Origin: an uncultured Bacteroidales bacterium
Lineage (GTDB): Bacteria; Bacteroidota; Bacteroidia; Bacteroidales; Dysgonomonadaceae
Length of the DNA: 48,569 nt
Assembly (NCBI GenBank): GCA_964293155.1
Contig: CAXYYA010000028.1
Span: 1-48,569, forward strand
Direction: 5' to 3'
Position numbers and translations under genes: made by a program. Of this stretch, positions 37,616-46,523 are shown piece after piece; positions within the stretch are counted from its first letter, which is position 1; the number at the start of each line of letters is the position of its first letter. Under the pieces are notes generated by a model. It was not told where the DNA came from, made no database searches, and saw only the letters and a program-made list of their open reading frames with translations.

Positions 37616-38161
37616 TTATTTCCTACGGTCATATTCTAATTTTTTTTGCAGAGTGCTTTTTGCACGTTGTAAAAGTTGTTCCACAGCGCCTTCCGATTTT
37701 TTCATGACGGCGGCAATTTCTTTCTGCGGTAATTCTTCGTATTTACTCAGGATGAAAGCTGTTCGTTGCGAATCGGGCAGGGAATTGATGGCGTTTTTTA
37801 TCCGCTTGTCCCGTTCCGATTGTTCCAATCGTTCCAACGGCGTCTTTTCCTCACTCTGTTTGTGAAAGATGTTTTCCAACGATTCCACCACGCGGTTCTT
37901 CTTTTTTCGATTCACAAAATTGATACTCGCGTTTACGGTAATCCGGTACAGCCATGTAACAAATTGGGCTTCGCCCTTGAAATCGGGCAACGATTGATAT
38001 ATTTTAATGAAAACTTCCTGCGTGATATCTTCCGCATCTGCTTTGGAGTGCACAAAACCCAACGTCGTTCGGAACACCATACCCTGGTATTTCTCCATAA
38101 GTTCTTTAAAGACAATGGTGTTACCTGAAATTATTTCTTGTATGAGTTGCTCGTCCGACAT
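37616..38161 (-). CDS. ECF (sigma-70 family) RNA polymerase sigma factor
   Basis: 181 aa. Region 2 is DITQEVFIKIYQ and region 4 is LPQKEIAAVMKKSEGAVEQLLQRA. Confidence 0.85.
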   Translation of the reverse strand: MSDEQLIQEIISGNTIVFKELMEKYQGMVFRTTLGFVHSKADAEDITQEVFIKIYQSLPDFKGEAQFVTWLYRITVNASINFVNRKKKNRVVESLENIFHKQSEEKTPLERLEQSERDKRIKNAINSLPDSQRTAFILSKYEELPQKEIAAVMKKSEGAVEQLLQRAKSTLQKKLEYDRRK

Positions 38162-38392
38162 GTGCAGCAGTTCTTTTTCGTTTGTTTAGACAACGAAGAC
38201 CGGTTTTTCCTACGGTTGGTGATAATTTAACATTGCAATTTCGTTAAAAAATTTGGAACTAAAAAAAGTTTTTTTATTTTTGCAAAAGATAATGTTCTAT
38301 CGAACAACCGATATCATGATGTGTTAGTTTCTCTTTCGACTGCCGTCTCAGGCAGGTATTTTTTTAGCGCTACTGATTTAAACCAACCAGCT

Positions 38393-39664
38393 ATGAAAAC
38401 GAATTTTTTTATTTTTGGCATAATATCCCTTATGCTTGTATCCTGTTATCAGGAATATCCTGCACATTTTAGGCAGTATATTGATGTGAATGCTTCCATT
38501 GATGGGCTGAAAACCCGCGCCACAAATGCCTCATGGGAAGCGAATGATGCCATCGGAATTTATATGAAAATCAGTGGAGAGGGTTTGTCTGTACCAGCTT
38601 TGGCTGAAAATTCGAAATATATTACCGACGGAACGTCCGCTTTTCAGTCTGCTACGGCCGATGGAGCTATCAGCTTTCCGCTCGACGGCACTGATGTGGA
38701 TTTCATCGCGTATTATCCACATCAAACAACAATCACGGACTTAACGTATCCGGTAAATGTTTCCGATCAAAGCAGCCTGCCGGCTATTGACTTGTTGTAT
38801 TCAAACAATGCCGCGGGGCTAAATTCTCAAAATCCGGATGTTGGGCTGACTTTCGTTCACCAATTATCGAAGATAAACGTGCTAATTATGCCCGAAGATG
38901 CAACGTCTGATTTAAGCGGTTTAACCGTAACGATGACCGGTGTGGGAACCTCCGCAACATTTTCATTAGCCGACGGAACGCTTTCGGCGCCCGCTATCAC
39001 GGGTAATGTCGCATTCAATATGAGTTCCGACGGACGCACTGCTCAGGCTATTCTATTGCCGATGGCCGATTTCACGGGTAAATCGCTTATTATCGCTTTT
39101 GGATCCAATTCTTACGAATTCCCGTTGACTCAAGGGGTAAATATCACTTCTTTCGAAAAAGCAACGCAATACACGTATAACGTTACGCTTTCATCGCAAG
39201 CACTGTCGGTTTCCAACGCAACCATCACCGATTGGGTTACCGGCCCGTCGGAAAATGTGATCATCGGAAGCGTCGGAACGGCGCCTGTAACCGGCGGAAC
39301 ACTCGATGATCCGTTTACTATTGAGGAGGCAATTGCCAATCAGGGGTTGATGGATAGATGGGTAAGAGGGTTTATTGTGGGTTACTATAAAACGACTTCC
39401 TATAAATCATTTACCACAAGTGTAGATGATGTGACGAGCACCACCAACATTGCTTTAGCAACAGTTAGCACAGAGACCGATTCAACCAAAACGTTTCCTG
39501 TACAATTGTCTGCTACCCAAATCAGAGATACACTCAATCTGCTGGATCATCCTGAAAATTTGGGCAGAGAAGTTCTGGTACGAGGAGATTTGGCAACTTA
39601 TCAATACATTGCCGGAATGAAGGCGGCTGATGGAGCAGTAATTAACGGAGATACCATTCCCTAA
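38393..39664 (+). CDS. Cell-surface lipoprotein, fimbrillin-like (FimA/Mfa-type N-domain)
   Basis: Lipoprotein signal MKTNFFIFGIISLMLVSC. The Thr/Ser-rich beta architecture resembles Bacteroidales fimbrillin-family proteins. The track ORF begins at a GTG at 38321, and the Met at 38393 is preferred. Confidence 0.45.
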   Translation: MKTNFFIFGIISLMLVSCYQEYPAHFRQYIDVNASIDGLKTRATNASWEANDAIGIYMKISGEGLSVPALAENSKYITDGTSAFQSATADGAISFPLDGTDVDFIAYYPHQTTITDLTYPVNVSDQSSLPAIDLLYSNNAAGLNSQNPDVGLTFVHQLSKINVLIMPEDATSDLSGLTVTMTGVGTSATFSLADGTLSAPAITGNVAFNMSSDGRTAQAILLPMADFTGKSLIIAFGSNSYEFPLTQGVNITSFEKATQYTYNVTLSSQALSVSNATITDWVTGPSENVIIGSVGTAPVTGGTLDDPFTIEEAIANQGLMDRWVRGFIVGYYKTTSYKSFTTSVDDVTSTTNIALATVSTETDSTKTFPVQLSATQIRDTLNLLDHPENLGREVLVRGDLATYQYIAGMKAADGAVINGDTIP

Positions 39665-40782
39665 TTTACGTGATACCCCTGGCTATGCATTTCCGATGCA
39701 CGAAAGAGGGTGTATTTTTCCTCGTTTAGCGGATAATCCCAGCAACCGAGGCTGTGATAGATTTCGCCGCCGAAACCCGATTTGAATTTATACAACCCGT
39801 ACATCGGGTGTTCGGGATCGGGCGTGGGCGATATGCCGAACATATCATACTGGGTGCAGCCTGCGGCTTTCGATAGCCGGATGGCTTCCCACTGCAACGC
39901 GTATGCAGCCATCAGGTTCCGGTTTTCCGACGAAGAGGCGCCATACAAATACGAACCCCTGTTTCCCGAAATTACCAGAAACATGGCTGCGAGCGGTTTT
40001 TGGTTATATTCCGCAATCAAAAGACGCACACGCGCCGGTGAACGTGTATTATCGGCTTTTGCCGAAAGCACGGCTTCAAAGTATTTTATATCGTTTAGCA
40101 GGATACCGTTTCGTGCCGCCGTCTCTTTGTAGAGTTCATACCACGTGGAAATTTCCTCCATCCCTGCCGATTTTACGGTTGCGCCGCGACGTTGTGCCAG
40201 ACGGATGTTGTAGCGGGTTTTCGGTTTCATGCGTTGCAGGATGCTTTCTTCGTCTTGTCTTAGGTTCAGATAAACGGTACTTGCCGGAAGTATGTTGGAA
40301 AGCGCTTTTTTGAAATTCCAGTTTTCCGTATTGAAATTGAACCGGAATTCTTGTGTGCGTAATTCCGGTTCGCCTTTCCATAAGCCGTTTTCATCAAAAT
40401 TATCGGCTTCTTTTGTCCAGTATGATTCCCAACAAAGATCATAGCGAATGAGGATGCAGTTATTCGGTAAATACGGGCGAATGCTTTCCGATAATTCTTC
40501 CAGAAAAAGGCTTTGAAATTCATCGGATGGTTCCAGTTCAGGGCCGTAAGGCACATACGCCACAGAATGATTCCTGTCGATTTGTTGCAGGACGATCAGC
40601 AGGTCTGAAACCAGCAATTTATCGCTCCTGGAATGAAAAATATCCGACTCCCTCGATTTAAACCCGACAGCAAGCGTTTCGGCGCCCAGCTTGTTCTTTA
40701 CTTCCGACCAAAATGCCGTCTGTTGCAGAATGGGCGTTTTGTTCAGTTCGTCCGTGTCTTTTTTCCGAATATCTAACAGCAT
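39661..40782 (-). CDS. FemAB-family aminoacyltransferase (GNAT fold)
   Basis: 373 aa. YLYGASSSENRNLMAAYALQWEAIRLSKAAGCTQYDMFGI matches the FemAB/lipid II peptidyltransferase family core. Confidence 0.75.
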   Translation of the reverse strand: MLLDIRKKDTDELNKTPILQQTAFWSEVKNKLGAETLAVGFKSRESDIFHSRSDKLLVSDLLIVLQQIDRNHSVAYVPYGPELEPSDEFQSLFLEELSESIRPYLPNNCILIRYDLCWESYWTKEADNFDENGLWKGEPELRTQEFRFNFNTENWNFKKALSNILPASTVYLNLRQDEESILQRMKPKTRYNIRLAQRRGATVKSAGMEEISTWYELYKETAARNGILLNDIKYFEAVLSAKADNTRSPARVRLLIAEYNQKPLAAMFLVISGNRGSYLYGASSSENRNLMAAYALQWEAIRLSKAAGCTQYDMFGISPTPDPEHPMYGLYKFKSGFGGEIYHSLGCWDYPLNEEKYTLFRASEMHSQGYHVN

Positions 40783-40872
40783 GATTATTTTTATTTTACG
40801 GGTGCAAAGGTAGGCATTATTTCCATGTAAACAAAACGGCGCAAACCCGAAAATTTGCGCCGAAAGCTTTTC

Positions 40873-43191
40873 CTATATTGTGAATTTTAACCCGGTAAAG
40901 AACGTGCGCGGTAAAGACGGGCCGTACATGTAGCCGGCGTCGCGAAGCGCTCCCTGATCAAAATCCTGCTGAAAGCTATTGAAAAGGTTCTGTATACCTG
41001 CGTTAAGTTGCACAAAAGTGCTAGTCGTTAAGCGAAAATCTTTTGCTACTTTAACAGTAAGGTCGAAAAAATCCGGTGTTCGCACCGCGACATCTTCCGG
41101 CACATACCCGGCAAAGTGTTGTACCCACATAGGTCCTGTATATACGCCTGAAACTGAAATGTTGAACGTTTCAACCGGTAATATATTGGCAGTAAGGTAG
41201 CCATAAACATCTGGTGTGCGAAACATATTTCGTTTCGGTACCACATCGGGATTGTTGCTCCACGATTCAGCTTCGTCATACAAACTCTCTTGAACTGTTG
41301 CGCCCAACTGAAGTTGAAATTTACGGCTTGGAGCTATTTTTCCTTCCATGTTTAGGCCTTTAACCACTGCCCCTGATCCGTTTCTCCTTTCCTGTAATAA
41401 ATTTCCTTGCTCATCTCTTCCGATCTCTTCCAGCAGAAACACGTCTTTCAGGTGCGTATAAAACCCTTCGATCAGCAGGTTGGCTTGCACAACGCCGAAT
41501 GTTCTGTAGATATCGGCCGATATACTGAAAGTTTGTGACCGCTCGGGTTTGAGATCAGGAGAGAGCTGAATGATGCATACCTCTCCGCCTACGGCGGTAA
41601 TGTGCAAGTCTTCATCGAAAGCCTGCGGAGCCCGAAAACCAGTGGAATATCCGCCGCGAAACACGATAAACGGGTTAGGAGTATAACGCACGTTTATCCT
41701 CGGACTAAAAATAGCATCCTGTATCAGGTTGTGCTTATCTAAGCGGGCGCCTAGTAAGATACTCCATTGCTCGTTTTTCCATTCGTTCTGGGCAAAAACA
41801 CTCTGTATATTCACCGATTGATCCAGAATGCGGTTATATCCGAGCATTTGGTCGTGCATTACGTTATAATTCATTTCCAATCCAGCGGTGATTATTGAAG
41901 GCATAAACAGAAAACGATCCGCACTGTAGTTGTATTGCATGCCGCCCATCATGCTTTTATCGTTTGTTGTTCCGTAAGCATTCGGGTCTTTCTGCGCGCC
42001 GTAGTAACTTTGTCTGTCTATAAATTGCCCTGAGAGATACAGGTTTACCTTGTGTTTGTAATCGCGCGACAACACGTTATAGTTTATGTTTGCGGAGTGA
42101 ATGTTATGTTCCGCTTGTTCGGTGATATCGGTTTCGTGTGGTGGTTTATGGAGCAGATTACCGCCACGACGGAATTCGTTGATAAAATGATATTCGGCTT
42201 TGAGTTTATGATAGTTGTTGAAATTATAAAACCCGCGAAGCCCGATATTGCTGCTATTCAATTTGCCAATTTCGGTAAATCCGTCGCCGTCGTAATCCAG
42301 CGCAGCGCGCTGGCGTGAGGAGCCGAAGATCATCATGCCCGTTTTTAAATTGCCGTTTACCAGTGAGGTGTGAAAGGAGAGGTTGTTGTCCGGTGATTTT
42401 CCGTTGATAATATTTGTAACATTGTTAATAGATAATGAGTTGGCTTTGGGCTCTTTTGTTATGATATTTATAGTCCCCGCTATAGCGTTAGAGCCGAACA
42501 AAGCCGATCCGCCGCCGCGTACAACTTCAACACGCTCAATCATATTGGCGGGAATCTGCTCGATGCCGTACACGCCGGCCAATGCGCTAAAGATAGGACG
42601 GCTGTCAATAAGGATTTGTGAATATGGACCGTCTAGTCCGTTGATGCGAACCTGCTGAAATCCGCAATTCTGACAGTTGCTTTCTACACGTAATCCCGGC
42701 TGAAAGTTCAATCCCTGCGCCAGCGTTACGGAATTGGTGTTTTCCATAAGCAACGGAGTGATAACGTTTACTATCGTGGGCGCTTCTCTGCGTTTAGTTT
42801 CTGTGCGGTTGGCAGATACAACTACCGTTTCAAGTATTATCTCGTCGTCATCTACTTCGAAATTTACTTCAATGGTTTCACTCTCCTGTAAAGTAACAGA
42901 TTTTTCTACCGGCTTATATCCTATACCGGAGACCATTAGCGTGAAATTTCCTTCGGGCAGGTTTTTTAGGTAATAATGTCCCGATGCGTCGGTTGAAGTG
43001 CCGAAGTGGGTTCCTTTTAAAGATACAGTTACAAAGGGAATATGTTCCTTTGTGGATTTATTGAGCACGTGTCCAATAATATTGGCATCGCTACTTCTTT
43101 GTCGATTACGATGCTGATGTCTGTTTTGTTGTGGAAATACAGCGGTTGTTATGCTGAACAAGATGCACAGCACTATAATAATTTTTTTCAT
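40873..43191 (-). CDS. TonB-dependent outer membrane receptor
   Basis: 772 aa. A signal peptide is followed by a carboxypeptidase-regulatory-like domain, a plug (VVVSANRTETKRREAPTIVNVI) and a barrel. Confidence 0.85.
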   Translation of the reverse strand: MKKIIIVLCILFSITTAVFPQQNRHQHRNRQRSSDANIIGHVLNKSTKEHIPFVTVSLKGTHFGTSTDASGHYYLKNLPEGNFTLMVSGIGYKPVEKSVTLQESETIEVNFEVDDDEIILETVVVSANRTETKRREAPTIVNVITPLLMENTNSVTLAQGLNFQPGLRVESNCQNCGFQQVRINGLDGPYSQILIDSRPIFSALAGVYGIEQIPANMIERVEVVRGGGSALFGSNAIAGTINIITKEPKANSLSINNVTNIINGKSPDNNLSFHTSLVNGNLKTGMMIFGSSRQRAALDYDGDGFTEIGKLNSSNIGLRGFYNFNNYHKLKAEYHFINEFRRGGNLLHKPPHETDITEQAEHNIHSANINYNVLSRDYKHKVNLYLSGQFIDRQSYYGAQKDPNAYGTTNDKSMMGGMQYNYSADRFLFMPSIITAGLEMNYNVMHDQMLGYNRILDQSVNIQSVFAQNEWKNEQWSILLGARLDKHNLIQDAIFSPRINVRYTPNPFIVFRGGYSTGFRAPQAFDEDLHITAVGGEVCIIQLSPDLKPERSQTFSISADIYRTFGVVQANLLIEGFYTHLKDVFLLEEIGRDEQGNLLQERRNGSGAVVKGLNMEGKIAPSRKFQLQLGATVQESLYDEAESWSNNPDVVPKRNMFRTPDVYGYLTANILPVETFNISVSGVYTGPMWVQHFAGYVPEDVAVRTPDFFDLTVKVAKDFRLTTSTFVQLNAGIQNLFNSFQQDFDQGALRDAGYMYGPSLPRTFFTGLKFTI

Positions 43192-43364
43192 TTTTATTTG
43201 TTGTCAATTATACGATTAATGAGAGTGCATCAAAAGCAAGACTATCGCTTTAAATTGTTATAGCAACGTGAAAACCATATTCACTTCGCGAACGAGCAAA
43301 TAGTGATACGATAACAGTTTTTCACTTCTGGCAGTCTCTGTGAATTATGTGCGAAAAAATCCGC

Positions 43365-43739
43365 TTAAAAAGAATAAAACGTAGAATTGAAAGGTGGAGC
43401 GCGCAATCCGTTAGAGTGAATGAAAATGTTTTTTTGCGCGATATGTTGTGCTTTTGGGTATCGTGAAATGCAGATGTAACGGTTAAATGCATCAACGGAA
43501 ACATCGAAATGCAAGCCGAGAGAAAAGAAATGAGACAGAACATGAATAAGATTAAACGACGACGTGTTGTGTTGATGATCGGCTTTGTTTCCGTCGTGAA
43601 CCGGAAAATGCAGATGCGAGTGTATTACGCGTTCGCCGTTAACGGTATGAGTGTGAGTAAATAAAGAAATACTTCCGTAATAGCTTGCAAAAAGCATTAA
43701 CAGAAAATATCCCGATAGTATTCTAACCCTTTGTCTCAT
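43365..43739 (-). CDS. Small His-rich membrane-anchored protein of unknown function
   Basis: 124 aa. An N-terminal hydrophobic segment is followed by HTHTVNGERVIHSHLHFPVHDGNKADHQH. It lies immediately upstream of the TonB-dependent receptor on the same strand. Confidence 0.35.
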   Translation of the reverse strand: MRQRVRILSGYFLLMLFASYYGSISLFTHTHTVNGERVIHSHLHFPVHDGNKADHQHNTSSFNLIHVLSHFFSLGLHFDVSVDAFNRYICISRYPKAQHIAQKNIFIHSNGLRAPPFNSTFYSF

Positions 43740-43844
43740 TGCGATGGCAAAGATACGATTATTTAGAATAAGTTTAAATAGTATTGATAAAATTGATTAC
43801 AAACCGACCGTAATTGCGAGCGCCTATGCCGTAAAAAAACTCCT

Positions 43845-44831
43845 TTACAATTTCGATAAAACCTCTTCTGATAATTTAAGGGAAGGCTTTGACTTTTTTG
43901 CCGACACCGCAAGCACTTCGCACGCGAGGTGTTCTCCCGGCCTCATTTTCCGGAGATAAAGCCTCACGGTATCTATTTTTTTGCCATAGATACTTTCGGT
44001 TATCTCCAGCGAACACCGGTACTTGTCTTGCAGCAGGTAAGCTTTGCCGTTGTATTCATCGGCAATGACGGTTATATCTACAACCGTGTTTACGAGGGCG
44101 GCAAGTTGCTCCCGCTCTTCCTGCGACAGATCGGGTTCGGCTTCCTCACGTGGTTTGCGCCTGTTGAAACATCTTGGCGAGACATATTGCGTGCTGTCCG
44201 TGGTATTACGAATACCGTCAACGGCAACGGGAACGACTTCCGCGGCAGTTTCTCGAAATTCAAGGGTCTGTTTCTTTTCTGAAAACGCCAGAAAACGCAC
44301 TTGCCCGGCTTTCATGTTGGCAATGGTAGCTTTTCCTTTCAGGTTTTCCGCCGGAATAAAACCGTGCACTGATCCGCATTTCCATCCGAAATGAAGCCCC
44401 AGCTCTACGTGCACGCCTTTAGATGATGTTTGCAGGATGATCCCCTTGTATATGCTGCCCGGTTTCAGGTCGGGCACACAGGCTCTGTTCACCACTGCGT
44501 CCACAAGAACGAAATTCCGTTGCGGAAAGGCTTCATATACCGAGCCGAGGAAAGAGTGCATCACCAGATAGGGCGCAGCGTTGTGCCACCACTCCATATT
44601 GGGGTACGACCATGCCATGTGGCCATACGATACGAAACCGGAAATTTTTTCAACGCGTATGTTGAATCCTTTTTTGTTAAACGACCTTATCTCGAAAGGG
44701 AAAATTTCACCCGATGCTTCAGCCACGAGCATCCGGTTAAACTTGTCTTCTTCGGGCTCGTCTTTCTGTTTCCAGAAATCGTTGCGCTCTGACGGGCGAA
44801 ACCATCGCGCCAATATATCAATTATTTTCAT
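43845..44831 (-). CDS. Hypothetical protein
   Basis: 328-aa ORF with a clean frame. No motif was recognised. Confidence 0.4.
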   Translation of the reverse strand: MKIIDILARWFRPSERNDFWKQKDEPEEDKFNRMLVAEASGEIFPFEIRSFNKKGFNIRVEKISGFVSYGHMAWSYPNMEWWHNAAPYLVMHSFLGSVYEAFPQRNFVLVDAVVNRACVPDLKPGSIYKGIILQTSSKGVHVELGLHFGWKCGSVHGFIPAENLKGKATIANMKAGQVRFLAFSEKKQTLEFRETAAEVVPVAVDGIRNTTDSTQYVSPRCFNRRKPREEAEPDLSQEEREQLAALVNTVVDITVIADEYNGKAYLLQDKYRCSLEITESIYGKKIDTVRLYLRKMRPGEHLACEVLAVSAKKSKPSLKLSEEVLSKL

Positions 44832-44952
44832 TTGGGTTTATAACAGGTTTGCCGACCGATGCCGCGGTTTACGGCAAAGGGGAGGAACTAAAAACGGATG
44901 CGGATCGTAAAACCCGCACCCTTTAATAACAGAAAATTCCAATCTTCTTTCC

Positions 44953-45702
44953 TTAAGCGCCCGGCGGCAACGGAATATCGGGTTCGCTGCTTCCCTTACC
45001 GTCTTTTGCTTTGCGTATGGCCAGCATGTTTTTGTAATAGCTGATCAATTCATTTATCTTCCCAATGATGTTTTGGTACACTTCCGCATCGCCCACCAGC
45101 GAAAGGCCGTTTATGGCGGTTACAATTTTTTTGTAAGCTTCATCAACTGCTCCGCGGGTTTTGGAAACGTTGCCGCTACCGCGGGAGGCCTGCTCGTCGT
45201 TGCGCGAACCGAATCGGGTGATGAAATCGTCGTTGGCTTCTTTTAATTTGGTAACCAGCGTTGTTTGTTCGGTAACGGCAAGGTCACCGGCATAATTGGT
45301 TATAAGTTGATCTACGAGGCTGGTAAGGGCTTTACTTTCCTCCGGATAGGGGTCGCGGCTCACGTATCCCACCTGATCTACGATGCGCCGGATGTTATCG
45401 GCGGCGGCGCGCACATCGGGGTCAAACCAATTGATCTTGGCATTAAGATCGTTAATGAAAGCGCTGTAAATCTCGTCGCGATACTCATCGGCGGCAGCGA
45501 TGCCTGAGGTCAGGCGGCTGCCCGATTCCACGTTAATGGTGTTGATTTCGGTTTGTAGCGCTTTCACATAGGCAGGGTAGATTTTGATAATACCCAGTTT
45601 TTCGGCAGTTTCTTCCTCTATATATTTTTTCACCAAGTCGTGAAATTGTGCATGTTCTTTGTCACGGTAGCGTGAGAGGTCAAATCGTTGAATCTGTTCC
45701 AT
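44953..45702 (-). CDS. Hypothetical protein
   Basis: 249-aa ORF, helical with charged residues. No motif was recognised. Confidence 0.4.
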   Translation of the reverse strand: MEQIQRFDLSRYRDKEHAQFHDLVKKYIEEETAEKLGIIKIYPAYVKALQTEINTINVESGSRLTSGIAAADEYRDEIYSAFINDLNAKINWFDPDVRAAADNIRRIVDQVGYVSRDPYPEESKALTSLVDQLITNYAGDLAVTEQTTLVTKLKEANDDFITRFGSRNDEQASRGSGNVSKTRGAVDEAYKKIVTAINGLSLVGDAEVYQNIIGKINELISYYKNMLAIRKAKDGKGSSEPDIPLPPGA

Positions 45703-45779
45703 TGTATTCCAATTTAGTTAAAAATTTATTCAGCGGCAGCATTGCCGGTAACAATAAAGAGCATCAGCTCTTTCTTTAG

Positions 45780-46105
45780 TGCGATGCTGCGGGATGCTTT
45801 CGGGTTGCCCCGAAGAGGCGCCGCATGACCGCAGACTGCATTGTAACTTCCCGATATCGTGCCGCAATCGTGCGGCTGTCTTTCGTACATTCCCGATGGT
45901 TCCCCGCACGCGTGCGGGAACATTTCTGGGCGCCCCCAAAGTGGGCCGCCCGCCTGCGGGAAGGGTTCGTTAATTCCCCCAAACATGCTGCAAAGCTGTG
46001 GCTTAATTTCGGGGTTTTACGGATGCGGCCGCACTGTTTTTCTCCTTTCTTCTGCCGCATGCCCTACGTTAATCCGCGTTTGCAGCCCGGTTCCGGGCAT
46101 CTAAA
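45780..46105. repeat. GC-rich (about 60 percent) cluster of short palindromic hairpins
   Basis: GCCGCAATCGTGCGGC, CCCGCACGCGTGCGGG, GCGGCCGC and GCCCGGTTCCGGGC are arranged in TTCCCG-led repeating units. Six-frame ORFs on both strands here are repeat artefacts. Confidence 0.4.
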
Positions 46106-46225
46106 GATCGCTTATGCGCAAATATATATGTTAAAAACGTCATTTGCAAGTAAATTAACAGATAATATTTTATGTTTTAGAGCAGGTTTTTTGGGAAAAA
46201 TGATAAGGTTAACCATCAATTTTTC

Positions 46226-46420
46226 ACATTATCCGCGAAGTGTTCTAACGGCTTTATCCATTGCCACGACTTTTAAGTCGTGGGATAATGATGTCTAAGA
46301 ATTACGGGCTTTAGCCCAATAATAGTATAAATTTCGGCTAAAGCCTATCTGCTCTGTATCTCAAAAACCACGCCCTAAAGGGACGTGGCAATTGATGTAG
46401 GACATTATACGGATAATCAT
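46226..46420. mobile_element. MITE-like element, outer family, intact copy (195 bp) lacking the nested insert
   Basis: It is the reverse complement of 9491-9839 minus the insert at 9536-9683. One terminus is degenerate (ACATTATCCGC). Confidence 0.7.
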
Positions 46421-46523
46421 ATTAAATTATTATTCATGTCATTTCCTCTTTATGCCCAATTTTGGGTGGGGACGTGACAAGATGAAACTGTTCTTGCTCT
46501 TTTGATACTGCCTCTTTTATTGT

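Noticed and set aside
36133-38214. Recurring TCCTACGGT(C/T) decamer (36133, 37621, 38205) as a possible ECF promoter motif
   Set aside because: Two of the three copies are inside coding sequence, encoding D-R-R at two gene ends. The recurrence is most likely coincidental.
45955-45985. tRNA/tmRNA-like T-arm (GGGTTCGTTAATTCCCCC)
   Set aside because: The loop is too long for a T-loop. There is no acceptor stem or CCA context and no D- or anticodon-arm partners.
45726-46298. Several overlapping ORFs on both strands with Cys/Gly/Pro-rich repetitive translations
   Set aside because: They arise from GC-rich palindromic DNA repeats and show the same repetitive peptides on both strands. There is no coherent single frame. 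One runs into the MITE.
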